Positions 20,124 through 30,091 of a stretch of DNA of 64,000 nt are shown here, in pieces. The notes below the pieces were generated by a model that saw only the letters and a list, made by a program, of their open reading frames with translations, was not told the origin of the DNA and made no database searches. Origin of the DNA: Clostridia bacterium (GTDB lineage: Bacteria > Bacillota > Clostridia > DUPQ01); the NCBI GenBank assembly GCA_030592085.1, contig JAUUZV010000001.1, positions 807-64,806 on the forward strand, given 5' to 3'. A program made the translations under genes and the position numbers. Position 1 is the first letter of the stretch. Every line of letters starts with the position of its first letter.

Positions 20124-20946
20124 AGAATTACCAAAATATAGAAATAAAGAAGATACAACAGGTTTAGCAATACAAAAAGTTGGTATACGAGGAGTAAGAG
20201 CACCGTTTACTTTAAAAACAAAAAATGGTGGAGATCAAGAAACTATAGGAACTTGGAGTATATATACAGATTTATCAGCACAATTTAAAGGTGTTAGTAT
20301 GAGTCTTATGGAAAGAATACTACATCAAACTTTACAAAATGAAATAAGTGTTGATATATTAAAAGATATAACAACTCAAATTTATGAAAAGTCTGAACAC
20401 AAATCCAAAGATGTATATGTGAAAGTTAAATTTCCATACTCAATTAAAGTTAAAGCACCAGCATCTGGTTTTGAAGCTGTAAAGGTTTATGATTGTATGT
20501 TGGAAGTTAGAAATATTGATGGAAAGATTAAAAAATATTTAACTGTAAAAGTTCAATATATAGCAACTTGTCCATGTGCGGCTGAATTAGCTGATGAATT
20601 AATGAAGACTGAAAATAAACAAAGTATGGCACATCAACAAAGAGGTTTTGCTGAAATTACTATAGAATTTGGAAATGAAATTGTATGGATAGAAGATGTG
20701 ATTAACATTGCAGAAAATGAATTAAAAGCTACACCATATCCAGTTATTAGAAGGCCAGATGAACAAAATATTTGTTATACAGCACGTCAAAACTGTGCTT
20801 TTGTAGAAGAAGCTGTAAGAAATATTTGTCTTGGTCTTATTAAAGAATCTAGAATTTTAGATTATGTTGTAGTATGTAATCATGAGGAAAGTATTCATTC
20901 TCACTCAGCCGTTGCTGTAATGAATGATGGAAAGGAGTTAAAATGA
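20116..20946 (+). CDS. folE2: GTP cyclohydrolase IB (FolE2/MptA family)
   Basis: IQKVGI, KGVSMS, TCPC, AHQQRG, RRPDE, FVE, ESIHSH. Confidence 0.9.
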   Translation: MNKELPKYRNKEDTTGLAIQKVGIRGVRAPFTLKTKNGGDQETIGTWSIYTDLSAQFKGVSMSLMERILHQTLQNEISVDILKDITTQIYEKSEHKSKDVYVKVKFPYSIKVKAPASGFEAVKVYDCMLEVRNIDGKIKKYLTVKVQYIATCPCAAELADELMKTENKQSMAHQQRGFAEITIEFGNEIVWIEDVINIAENELKATPYPVIRRPDEQNICYTARQNCAFVEEAVRNICLGLIKESRILDYVVVCNHEESIHSHSAVAVMNDGKELK

Positions 20947-21293
20947 GCAAAATAACTAAATCAATAATTGTAAAAACAGTTTTTAATGGAGAACATATGT
21001 ATGAAGATGCACCAGAAGAAATTAAATTTCTGAGGGAACTTCACCCGCATATTTTTTTTGTATCGGCAAATATAGAGGTAACTAATAGCACTCGTGAATT
21101 AGAATTTTTCATGGTAAAAAGAGTTATAGACGACTATTGTAAAGAGTTTTTAACAGGTAATAGTGGTCGCTCTTGCGAAACTATGGCAGAATCTATTATT
21201 AATCTTTTACATAAAAAATATGGAAAAAGAAATTGTACTGTAACTGTATACGAAGATAACCAGAATGCTGGGAGGGTAAAATATGAAATTTGA
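20943..21293 (+). CDS. Second, divergent QueD-like T-fold protein (DpdL-like candidate)
   Basis: H...FLRELHPHIF, RELEF, SCETMA, VYEDNQN; lacks the CxxxHGH motif of QueD. Confidence 0.65.
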   Translation: MSKITKSIIVKTVFNGEHMYEDAPEEIKFLRELHPHIFFVSANIEVTNSTRELEFFMVKRVIDDYCKEFLTGNSGRSCETMAESIINLLHKKYGKRNCTVTVYEDNQNAGRVKYEI

Positions 21294-21516
21294 AATAACT
21301 TTAGATGTGAAAGATGAAGCTATACAAAAACATTTTAAAGATTTTTGTCAAAGTTTAGCTGATAGATTTGCTGCAGGGGAAAAAGAATACGGTGTAAGTA
21401 GTTACATGGATATGGATTTAGAAGAAGAATTAAAACAGGAATTACTCGATATTCCAAATTATTTGTTGTTAAGGTTTATTCAAATGCAAAAAAGAAAGGA
21501 GGCGGCAAAAAAATGA
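21283..21516 (+). CDS. Small all-alpha (MazG-like) dNTP pyrophosphohydrolase-like protein
   Basis: R..G.KEYG ... QELLD..NY pattern. Confidence 0.5.
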   Translation: MKFEITLDVKDEAIQKHFKDFCQSLADRFAAGEKEYGVSSYMDMDLEEELKQELLDIPNYLLLRFIQMQKRKEAAKK

Positions 21517-22262
21517 AATTAGCTTTTATTAGTACTATAAAGAACCCACAACTAAGTTTAGAAGGAGATTTGTTATTCACTTTAGCACAACATGCTTTTA
21601 AGGTAGATGATTATATTGAATTTTATAAAAAACAAAAAAAATACAAGATTGTTGATTGTGGCGCCGCGGAACATGAAACTGTAAAACCAGAAATATTGTT
21701 AGATGTAGCTCGTGAATTGGATGCTAATGAAATCATTGTTCCAGATAAATTATGTGTTGGTTGGCGCTCAACTTTAATGGCTAAAAATTTTTTTGAAACA
21801 CTTAGTCATGATGAAGCAAAAAAATATACTTTTCAATTAGTTGGTCAAGGAAAAACACCAGAACAATATATGACAAATGTAAATAATGTACTTAATCATG
21901 ATTTATGTCCACCAAATGTTATTTTAGGCATAAGTAAATTTTCTTCAGTTATGTCTTTTGGTAACAGAGTAAGATGTGTAAAACATCTTATTGATAATGG
22001 TATCAAAAATGAAATGCATTTGCTTGGTACTACAGATGATTTAGCTGAGATTGTGAAGTTGAAAGACATTGCTCAAATTAGAAGTAATGATAGTTGTATT
22101 GCTATTTTAGCAGCAACTGAAGGATTAAAATTTACAAAAGATAATTTGTCTACGCTTAAACGTCCTGTAACTACAAATAAATATTTTGATATTCAGATGA
22201 GTGAAGAACAAATATTATTGGCTAAAGAAAATATGAAAGTACTAAAAAATACACAGGCTTAA
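21513..22262 (+). CDS. Divergent TGT-fold base-exchange protein (DpdA-like)
   Basis: IVDCG, VPD, VGQG, HLLG and RSNDS in TGT order, at the end of the que operon. Confidence 0.7.
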   Translation: MKLAFISTIKNPQLSLEGDLLFTLAQHAFKVDDYIEFYKKQKKYKIVDCGAAEHETVKPEILLDVARELDANEIIVPDKLCVGWRSTLMAKNFFETLSHDEAKKYTFQLVGQGKTPEQYMTNVNNVLNHDLCPPNVILGISKFSSVMSFGNRVRCVKHLIDNGIKNEMHLLGTTDDLAEIVKLKDIAQIRSNDSCIAILAATEGLKFTKDNLSTLKRPVTTNKYFDIQMSEEQILLAKENMKVLKNTQA

Positions 22263-22319
22263 ATGTGTATTTTATAGGCCAATAGTATTTAAATATTTAC
22301 ATTTTTATATACTATAATA

Positions 22320-22760
22320 ATGTATAAAATACAAATTCTTAATAAATTTACCGGTTGGGATAGTTTTAAACATAAAAAAACTAAAAAAACTCAATATTTT
22401 TTAACTAAATCTAATGCTATGAGAATTATTACTGTTTTTTTAGGAAATATAAAAAATATTAGAATAGTAAATACAGAAGATAAAAAAATTGTTTTCGAGA
22501 GGTGAAAAATGACTAAAACAACATATAATATATATCATGAAAAAGGAAAGGTAGATGAGTTTATAGCTTATTCTTCACAAGATGCTGCATATAAACACGT
22601 TAGAAAAGTAGATGCAAAAATAGGTCATAAATTTATTGTAGGTTCTAATTTAGCACCACCGTTTTTTTCTTATGTAGTAAAAACAGTAGAAGGAAGACGA
22701 AAGGCTGTTAAAGTTGATAAAATTAAGACTGATATTACTCGTGGATTTTTAATGAAGTGA
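22320..22760 (+). CDS. Two small hypothetical proteins (22320-22505, 22509-22760)
   Basis: TTTAAATA box at 22288; GAGGTGA RBS before the second. Confidence 0.55.
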
Positions 22761-22787
22761 CGATTATTTAAAAAACAATATGAATGA

Positions 22788-23906
22788 ATGACTATGAAAG
22801 CCGTATTATATATGAGATTGTTTGAAGATTCTGGAATAACTAAATTACAAATATTTAAAAATAAAAAAGAACATCTTGTTGAGTTACCATTTAAACCTTA
22901 TTTTTTTGACTCAGCCAAAATAGATGGGTTAGTTGGAGAAGAAGTTATTTTAAAACCAGTTGATACATTACAACCTACTAAACTTTTTAAATATGAAGTT
23001 GATTCTGTAAAAGATATACCTAAATTAAGAACTAAAACGAGTATAGCTGCAGATGTAAATTATTTATTACGATTATGTATAGATCAACCTAGCTTTTTGA
23101 ACCAGTATTTTCAAACAGATGAATTAACATTTTTATATCTTGATATTGAAACTGATAGTATTGGAATTTTCCCTAAGCCTGAATTGAACCCAATTATTAG
23201 TATAGGATATGCTATTAATGATGGTCCAGTAAAAGTAATTAAAATTGATAAATTAGAAGATGGTGATATAAAACTTTTATTAGAGTTTAATGAAGTTATG
23301 GAAAAGTACAATCCTGATGTCATAGTTGGATATAATATTTTAATGTTCGATTTACCATATATTTTGAAAAGAATGAAAAAGAATGGAATAAGTACAGATT
23401 GTTGGACAAGAGGTAAAACATCTGCATTTTTCACAACTAGTTCTGGTAATGAAGTTTATAATATTCAAGGAAGGTTTGTATTTGATGTGATTAAAGAAGT
23501 GTTTCAAGATCAAACAATTCATGGCATTTCGAAAGGATTAAAACCAGTTTCAAAATATTTTAAAGTTGATGAAAAAATAAGACAAATACCAGGATATGAA
23601 GATTATCAAATTATAACTGAAGATGTTCATATCACGAGGCCATTAATCGGAACAGATAAATTGGCAAAATATAATGAGAGTGATGTTCTTATCACACGTG
23701 AATTATGTAAAATGTACATTGCTAATGTGATAGCGTTTGCAGAAATGTTACATGCTCCATTAAATATGATGGCTAAACGAACTACAAGTATGATAGGTTC
23801 TATTTTTTATGCAACCGAACTTAAAAAGAAAGGTATTATTGAATGTACTATGCCTAATTATAAAAGACACCCAGATGTATTTGGAACTTTAAAGGAGGGT
23901 TATTAA
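22788..23906 (+). CDS. polB: Family B DNA polymerase, N-terminal/3'-5' exonuclease half
   Basis: ExoI LDIET, ExoII GYNILMFDLPY, ExoIII YNESD. Confidence 0.9.
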   Translation: MTMKAVLYMRLFEDSGITKLQIFKNKKEHLVELPFKPYFFDSAKIDGLVGEEVILKPVDTLQPTKLFKYEVDSVKDIPKLRTKTSIAADVNYLLRLCIDQPSFLNQYFQTDELTFLYLDIETDSIGIFPKPELNPIISIGYAINDGPVKVIKIDKLEDGDIKLLLEFNEVMEKYNPDVIVGYNILMFDLPYILKRMKKNGISTDCWTRGKTSAFFTTSSGNEVYNIQGRFVFDVIKEVFQDQTIHGISKGLKPVSKYFKVDEKIRQIPGYEDYQIITEDVHITRPLIGTDKLAKYNESDVLITRELCKMYIANVIAFAEMLHAPLNMMAKRTTSMIGSIFYATELKKKGIIECTMPNYKRHPDVFGTLKEGY

Positions 23907-25105
23907 TGCCTTTTTTTAGAGAGTCTCGATTTAATGATGAGAAAGGAATACAAGGAGCTATTGTAGAGATTTATAAAACTGGTTTAATACGAAAAATAAA
24001 AAAGGTTGATTTTTCTGCTTTTTATCCTAGCATTGTTATGAGTTTTAATTTATCACCAGAAACAACAAAGATAAAGGAATATTTACCTTATACTAATAAA
24101 TATGATTTTGATATACAAAAGGATAGAACATTGTTATATATTCCAGATAATAGAATTAATAAAACAGTTGTCATTGAAATAAATAACACTATTCAAGGAT
24201 TTCTTCCAGCAAAACTTATTGAATTTAAAGAAAAAAGAGATAAGATTAAATTAAGATTAAGAGAAAAAAATTTAACACCAGGTGAACAAGTTTATCTTAA
24301 TAGTTTATCATGGACTTATAAAATTTTATCAAATTCTGTTGGTTATGGAATTAATAAAAATGCATGGTTTAAATATGGAGATTTATCAATATCAATAGCA
24401 ATTACTGGATTGGCTAGATATTTTATTCAGTTTGTAATGGACTTAAATCTTGATAAGAATATTGAAGTAGATACTGATGGTATATATGTAGATGGTGATA
24501 TAAATATTGATGATGTTAATTATAAAATAAAGGAACATACATTAGATAAATTTAATATTCCATTTGTTAAAAATTATTTATTTTTAGAGTTAGATGAATA
24601 CGATGCTGGATTTTTTTATAAAACTAAGAATTATCTTTTATTTAATAATGGTAAAGTTATAAAACATGGTGTTACATTTTTATCAAGTAGTAAAACAATA
24701 CTTTTTAAGAAAGCTTTAGATAAAATAGCTGAATATATATTTAATAATAAGTCAGTTATTGAAGCTGTTAATATACTTATAAATGAAGAAAGTACACTTA
24801 AAGATTTTACTATGAAAACTAATATAAATCAACCTATTTCTGAATATAAAAATGATGGATGTTTGCAAAAACAATTAGCTAAACAAGTTAAAGAACATTT
24901 AAAACAAGATTTACAAGTTTCTGATACAATCGATTATATTAAGACCAAAGATGGCTATAAAATATTAACGATAGCAAAGTTACACGAAGTTGATAAAAGA
25001 TATTATTATGATCAATTACAAACGTTAATTAATATTTTTACTGATGAAAAAATTAGTATTGAGAACGGTGGAGCTGTAATACAAAAAAAACTTGAAGGGT
25101 ATTAG
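23906..25105 (+). CDS. polB: Family B DNA polymerase, catalytic half
   Basis: DFSAFYPS, NLSPET, KILSNS.GYG, DTDG, KNY. Confidence 0.92.
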   Translation: MPFFRESRFNDEKGIQGAIVEIYKTGLIRKIKKVDFSAFYPSIVMSFNLSPETTKIKEYLPYTNKYDFDIQKDRTLLYIPDNRINKTVVIEINNTIQGFLPAKLIEFKEKRDKIKLRLREKNLTPGEQVYLNSLSWTYKILSNSVGYGINKNAWFKYGDLSISIAITGLARYFIQFVMDLNLDKNIEVDTDGIYVDGDINIDDVNYKIKEHTLDKFNIPFVKNYLFLELDEYDAGFFYKTKNYLLFNNGKVIKHGVTFLSSSKTILFKKALDKIAEYIFNNKSVIEAVNILINEESTLKDFTMKTNINQPISEYKNDGCLQKQLAKQVKEHLKQDLQVSDTIDYIKTKDGYKILTIAKLHEVDKRYYYDQLQTLINIFTDEKISIENGGAVIQKKLEGY

Positions 25106-25207
25106 TTTTTAATGTACTATTATAGGGGTAAAGCATGGTAGCATTTATATATAAGTACTTATTATTACACCTTATAACAAGTTAAAACGCTTGTGGAGGC
25201 AAATAAT

Positions 25208-25381
25208 ATGAAAACTAAAATATATAATGTACCAGAACCAACAAGAGTAGAACAAATTGCTTTTATGAAAGCTAATTACCCAAAAGTTGATAACAGTGCT
25301 ATTATAAAACAACTTGGAATAAATAAAAGTTATTTTTACAGACTTGTAGGAAAAGTTACTACCGCTGTTCATGCAGCTTAA
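25208..25381 (+). CDS. Small HTH protein
   Basis: SAIIKQLGINKSYFYR. Confidence 0.55.
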   Translation: MKTKIYNVPEPTRVEQIAFMKANYPKVDNSAIIKQLGINKSYFYRLVGKVTTAVHAA

Positions 25382-25410
25382 TTTTATTCAAATGTGATGG
25401 AGTGAAAAAA

Positions 25411-25857
25411 ATGACTGAAGAAATTTTAATTTCGGAAGATGGGGAAACTCAAGTACTTTTATCAGATATACATAAATTTACTGTTTTTCACAAAACTTAT
25501 GAGAATGGATTAAAATTAAAAGCATATGTCAATCCTGATTTATGTACTGTTATTGATGATATGGGTGAAGTAATTAAAAAAGGCAAGTATGAACATTTTC
25601 AAGTATATGAACATGATAAATTTTGTGCAGGAAGTAGACCAGGAAGTAGAGAAAGAATATCAAGAGAAATATCAAATGGTTTTATAGTGTTAGGCAAATA
25701 TAATAAGTGTAGAACGAAGCTTATGAATAAAGTTAAAAAAGAAGCAAAAACAAAACAAAATAATAGTGTAGTAATGACAGGAATGAGTAGTGGTTATGCA
25801 GTACATAATAGTTATTTAGAATTAAAAATGAATGGTGATAATGATGTCAAAATATAA
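25411..25857 (+). CDS. Hypothetical protein
   Basis: ORF track. Confidence 0.6.
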   Translation: MTEEILISEDGETQVLLSDIHKFTVFHKTYENGLKLKAYVNPDLCTVIDDMGEVIKKGKYEHFQVYEHDKFCAGSRPGSRERISREISNGFIVLGKYNKCRTKLMNKVKKEAKTKQNNSVVMTGMSSGYAVHNSYLELKMNGDNDVKI

Positions 25858-26391
25858 CACCAATAAAAAATATAGAGAATGTGTAAAAAGATGTGTTAAA
25901 AAATATAGAGCTACTGAGAAAGGTATTATAACAACTCAACGAGCATTAAAAAAATTAAAAGATGTATATCCAGATTACATGAAAGATTATATGAAAAAAC
26001 GAAGATCTGAAGCAAAAATACAAGGTATTTGTTGTAGATGTTTAAAAAGAAAAGCAATTAAAGGCATGGTATTATGTCGAATATGTAGAATATGAGGTGT
26101 AATAAAATGAATGAAGAAAATACATTAGGCAAATTCGAATGCGATAAATGTAGTAGTATAACTATTCTTAAAATTGATGATGATATAGGTGGTACTATTG
26201 ATTGTAATAATTGTGGGGAAATGATTGATGTATGTCCTGAATGTAAATCAAAACAGGTTGAAATTGATGATTTTGGTGTTACATTATGTGATATATGTTT
26301 TGAAAAGAATTCAAAAGCAAAAAGTTATGTGCATGAAATGTCAAGACAAGAAGCTTATGATACTGGAAGACCAATGAGTAATAATGATTGA
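25841..26391 (+). CDS. Two small Zn-finger/ribbon proteins (to 26095; 26107-26391)
   Basis: Multiple CxxC pairs. Confidence 0.6.
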
Positions 26392-26495
26392 GATGAATCA
26401 TAAAACATATGGTCTTATTTTTGGTCAAGATGCATTAATAGATTTAATACATTATGAAACTTTAAGTAAAAAAATAAATAACAGAGGAATAAAAA

Positions 26496-26747
26496 ATGGA
26501 AGCAAAAAATGTGTTAGTTGATTACAATGTAGTCAGCGAATTAGCAGGACATCAAGAAAATAAAGGTGTTCAGTTAATAGAAGCAGCTAAAGATATCTTT
26601 AGCAAAGTAAAAGAAAAAGGTATGCAATGTGCAGTGAAAGGAGTTTTTAAAACTTTTAAATCTGTAGATGATTTGATGGATATTTTGATGGACGCTGTTC
26701 ATAATAATTACAGAATATCTGTTTATGATGAGGATTTAGGAGGTTAA
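26496..26747 (+). CDS. Candidate ubiquitin-like (beta-grasp) protein with C-terminal Gly-Gly
   Basis: 83 aa ending RISVYDEDLGG; two genes upstream of an E1-like enzyme. Confidence 0.55.
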   Translation: MEAKNVLVDYNVVSELAGHQENKGVQLIEAAKDIFSKVKEKGMQCAVKGVFKTFKSVDDLMDILMDAVHNNYRISVYDEDLGG

Positions 26748-26748
26748 A

Positions 26749-27102
26749 ATGGAAAAAAAACATAAACATAAAGGTGTAGATAGGAAACATCTTATTTCAA
26801 GAAAACATAAAAATCCAAAAGTTCAAAAGTTTCATAATGAAGCTTTAAAAAAGGATAAAAAAGATGTTAAAGTTGTTTTACCAACTAAAGTGGTAAATAA
26901 ACCTATTAAAACTGCAAATGTTTCGGTTGATGCTGATGGTTTTATTAGTATTAACGTAGATGCTTTATCATTTAAAGGTGTACGATTAACTTTTACAAGA
27001 CAAGAAGGAAGAACAAAAAAAGAAGTAGCATTACAAATAGATAAAATTCCTTGTAGAAGTGGTGGACATAATCGAAGAAAAGTTAAAGACATAAAAAAAT
27101 AA
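26749..27102 (+). CDS. Highly basic hypothetical protein
   Basis: Lys/His-rich; followed by oligo-T. Confidence 0.65.
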   Translation: MEKKHKHKGVDRKHLISRKHKNPKVQKFHNEALKKDKKDVKVVLPTKVVNKPIKTANVSVDADGFISINVDALSFKGVRLTFTRQEGRTKKEVALQIDKIPCRSGGHNRRKVKDIKK

Positions 27103-27133
27103 TTTTTTTATTTTTTTAAATGGGTGACACAAA

Positions 27134-27763
27134 ATGAATGAAATGGAAACAAAAAAAATAGCAATAGTTGGTGCTGGTGGCATTAATAGTTGGGCTATAA
27201 AATGGTTACATCAGTTAATTGAAGATTTTGATAGAAAATTAATTTATGTAAAGATCTTCGATAATGATGAAGTAGAAGAAAAGAATTTACTACGTAATAA
27301 TCAAAATTTTCAAATAGATGATTTACTATCACAAAAGGCGGAAGTTCTTTCTGAAAGATATAACTTTGATTGTGAAAACATTTTTATTACTGAGGATAAT
27401 ATTCAAAAATTAGCTAGTTTTGATGATATAATTTTAGGAGTAGATAATCATAAAACTAGGAAATTAATTTATGATTTTGCATTAAAGAATAATAAATATG
27501 TTCTTGATATGAGAGCTCAAGGCACTATCATGGGTTTTACAATTATAGATGGTAGTAAAGACATGGATTATTATAATAAAAAAATGTTTAATAATTTAGA
27601 AGTTATGGAAAGAAAAGGTAGTTGTCAGTTAAAGAGTGATGTTGAAAATGATCATATAGAAAATGCTAATCGAGTAATAGCAATGTTAGGTATTTATTCA
27701 GTTTATTTGAAAAGATTAAGAAAAGAAAAAGTATCTACGGACGAATGGAAATTTGTATATTAA
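27134..27763 (+). CDS. ThiF/E1-like adenylyltransferase
   Basis: IAIVGAGG, DNDEVEEKNLLRN, KAEVL, GVDN..TR; single distal Cys in GSCQ. Confidence 0.88.
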   Translation: MNEMETKKIAIVGAGGINSWAIKWLHQLIEDFDRKLIYVKIFDNDEVEEKNLLRNNQNFQIDDLLSQKAEVLSERYNFDCENIFITEDNIQKLASFDDIILGVDNHKTRKLIYDFALKNNKYVLDMRAQGTIMGFTIIDGSKDMDYYNKKMFNNLEVMERKGSCQLKSDVENDHIENANRVIAMLGIYSVYLKRLRKEKVSTDEWKFVY

Positions 27764-27764
27764 A

Positions 27765-29861
27765 ATGGTAGACACAATTTTGTTAGATGAGTTTAAATTT
27801 TATAATAAACAGAAGATTGTTATAGATGAAGCTATAATTAATTCATTTGAACAAAAATTGAAGAAAGGAGAAAATAGATTAAGATGGACTAATAATTTAT
27901 TTGCTGATAATAAGATGTCGTTTGAATTTTCAAAAAGTGATGATGAAAATTTTATTGCTATGCATTCTTATTATTTTAAAGTAACTACAAAACAGATAGA
28001 TAATGTAAAAACAATTTGGAATGATTATGTATTTTTTAATTTTAATTTAACAAATAATCAAGAACAAGTTTTAGAAGAAATTGATTATTCATCAGGAGCA
28101 ATACAAGAGGAGTTAATAATAGATGATAAATTAAGTAGAACATTTGATAATTTTGAAGATTTTTTAATATTATTAATTGAAAAAGAAACTTTTTCTTTTG
28201 ATATAACTTTTAATTTTTATGAAGGAGCTGAATATGAAGAGCAAAATAAAAAGGATCAAACAGAAATTTTAGAAAGTTTAAATTTTATTTTGAAAGCAGT
28301 CTTTAATGAAGAACAGATGTTAGAATTGCCTAAGTATACTATTAATTATAAACACATGAGAGATTCATTATATCATATTTTTAAAGTAGTTGAGAAAAGA
28401 TATAATAATAAAAATTATCGTATAGCTTTTATCACACATATTAAAACCAATAGTGATTTTATTTTTAAGGTTAAGGTGTATTCTGAAGATAATGAAGAAT
28501 ATAATTATATTGATGAAAAGGTATTATATGTAAATGATAGTGATAATAATTATTATTTAGATATAAATCTAAATGAATATAATAATATAGGTTCATTACG
28601 AGTAGATATGAATATTTTTAAAATTTTAGCTAAATATATTTCAAAAGTAATTGGTGAAACAGATAGTAGAATAATTACATCTAATATATTTAATTTTTAT
28701 AAATCAAAAGTGAGTTTTTTTAATAATTGGGATGATGAAGATATACAAGATGAAAAAGAATTGAAGATAATTGCTAAATATTTAGATTTGTTAAGAGGAG
28801 GACGAACAATTAAGATAGAACAAGTCAAAATAAATAAAACAAGTATTAGTCTTGATGATGATTCATTTAAAATTGAATTTAAAGAAAGTTTTTTTGATGT
28901 TGCTAGTAATTTTCTTGAATTAAGAAGATTGATATTAAGAAATGATGCTAAATATAATTTTAATCTATTATATGAAAAAATATTATCACTTTCTATGTTA
29001 CAAATTATAGATCGTTCTAATGTGAAAGACGATGATTATAAAGAATTTGAAGAATGTAGTTTTAAAGTTAATGACATGGTTATTAATATTGATAAAGGAG
29101 ATAATGGAAGAATACGTATTAATGATATTTTTTCTAGAATAGATGACGTCGATGATGTTTTGAATAGAGCAATTTGCTATAATAATGTTGATGATTATAA
29201 CCAGTACTTAAAAGATGTTAGTTATATTGGAATTGATTTAAAAAGAATGATCAATAATGGTATTGTGATATGGTTACAAAATCCATTACATAGTTTATTT
29301 CAACTTCATGGCGATACTTCATTAGAAAAAATGCAAGTTAGGTTTAGTTTATTTTGGGATTCAGAAAAAAGATCAAGAATATATTTACATTTAAACAATA
29401 AAAAATATTTAATTAAAAAGAAAGGAAAATTTAAAACTTTTTTTAATAAGCCAGTAGCAACGGTAAAAATTTCACAATTAAATGTATTATTAAAAGAGTG
29501 TTTAGAAGAGTGGAAACCTGGCCAATTATTAGAAGTAGTAGAAAATGCTTTAGAAGAGTTTAAAATTATTAAAGCTAGAGGAGAAAAATTAGTCAAAGAA
29601 ACAATAGAAGAAATTAACGCATTAAAGAATAATATAATAATAAATGGGCGAGAAATTAATGGCTTTTTATTAAGAGGTATATTGACTAATAAAGAATACT
29701 TTATTGAAAATGAAAACTTAGATGTGTATAAAAAAATTGATGGTGTTTGGAATCGAAGATGTGTAGTAAGTGATCCAAACAAATCAAGAATATATGAAGA
29801 CAGATTAGCCAATCGATTGATTAATATTTATAATGAAAATCCTAATATAACAACAATATAA
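27765..29861 (+). CDS. Large hypothetical protein coupled to the E1-like gene
   Basis: Starts 1 nt after the E1 stop; no family recognised. Confidence 0.75.
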   Translation: MVDTILLDEFKFYNKQKIVIDEAIINSFEQKLKKGENRLRWTNNLFADNKMSFEFSKSDDENFIAMHSYYFKVTTKQIDNVKTIWNDYVFFNFNLTNNQEQVLEEIDYSSGAIQEELIIDDKLSRTFDNFEDFLILLIEKETFSFDITFNFYEGAEYEEQNKKDQTEILESLNFILKAVFNEEQMLELPKYTINYKHMRDSLYHIFKVVEKRYNNKNYRIAFITHIKTNSDFIFKVKVYSEDNEEYNYIDEKVLYVNDSDNNYYLDINLNEYNNIGSLRVDMNIFKILAKYISKVIGETDSRIITSNIFNFYKSKVSFFNNWDDEDIQDEKELKIIAKYLDLLRGGRTIKIEQVKINKTSISLDDDSFKIEFKESFFDVASNFLELRRLILRNDAKYNFNLLYEKILSLSMLQIIDRSNVKDDDYKEFEECSFKVNDMVINIDKGDNGRIRINDIFSRIDDVDDVLNRAICYNNVDDYNQYLKDVSYIGIDLKRMINNGIVIWLQNPLHSLFQLHGDTSLEKMQVRFSLFWDSEKRSRIYLHLNNKKYLIKKKGKFKTFFNKPVATVKISQLNVLLKECLEEWKPGQLLEVVENALEEFKIIKARGEKLVKETIEEINALKNNIIINGREINGFLLRGILTNKEYFIENENLDVYKKIDGVWNRRCVVSDPNKSRIYEDRLANRLINIYNENPNITTI

Positions 29862-29888
29862 AATAAAGAATGAATGGAGGATATAAAA

Positions 29889-30077
29889 ATGGCAAAAACA
29901 TTAATTGTAGCAAGTAGAGTTAAAGAACTTTGCAAGTACCCAGGTGGTAAAAAAGATTTAAATATGTCATCTGGATTGTCTGGCGCCCTTACTTTAAAGG
30001 TTGAACAGATTATAACAAAAGCTTGTAAAAGAGCTATAGAAAATGGTAGAACTACCGTTATGATAAAAGATATTTAG
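29889..30077 (+). CDS. Prokaryotic histone-fold protein
   Basis: LIVASRVKE...A..RA.ENGRTTVMIKDI with RxTxxxxD; GGAGG RBS. Confidence 0.85.
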   Translation: MAKTLIVASRVKELCKYPGGKKDLNMSSGLSGALTLKVEQIITKACKRAIENGRTTVMIKDI

Positions 30078-30091
30078 GAGAGTGGATAAAA

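Noticed and set aside
17520..22262. Ordinary host tRNA queuosine/archaeosine operon
   Set aside because: The TGT-like protein is short and lacks the Zn site and PUA domain, queC is absent, and the context is a DNA replication module
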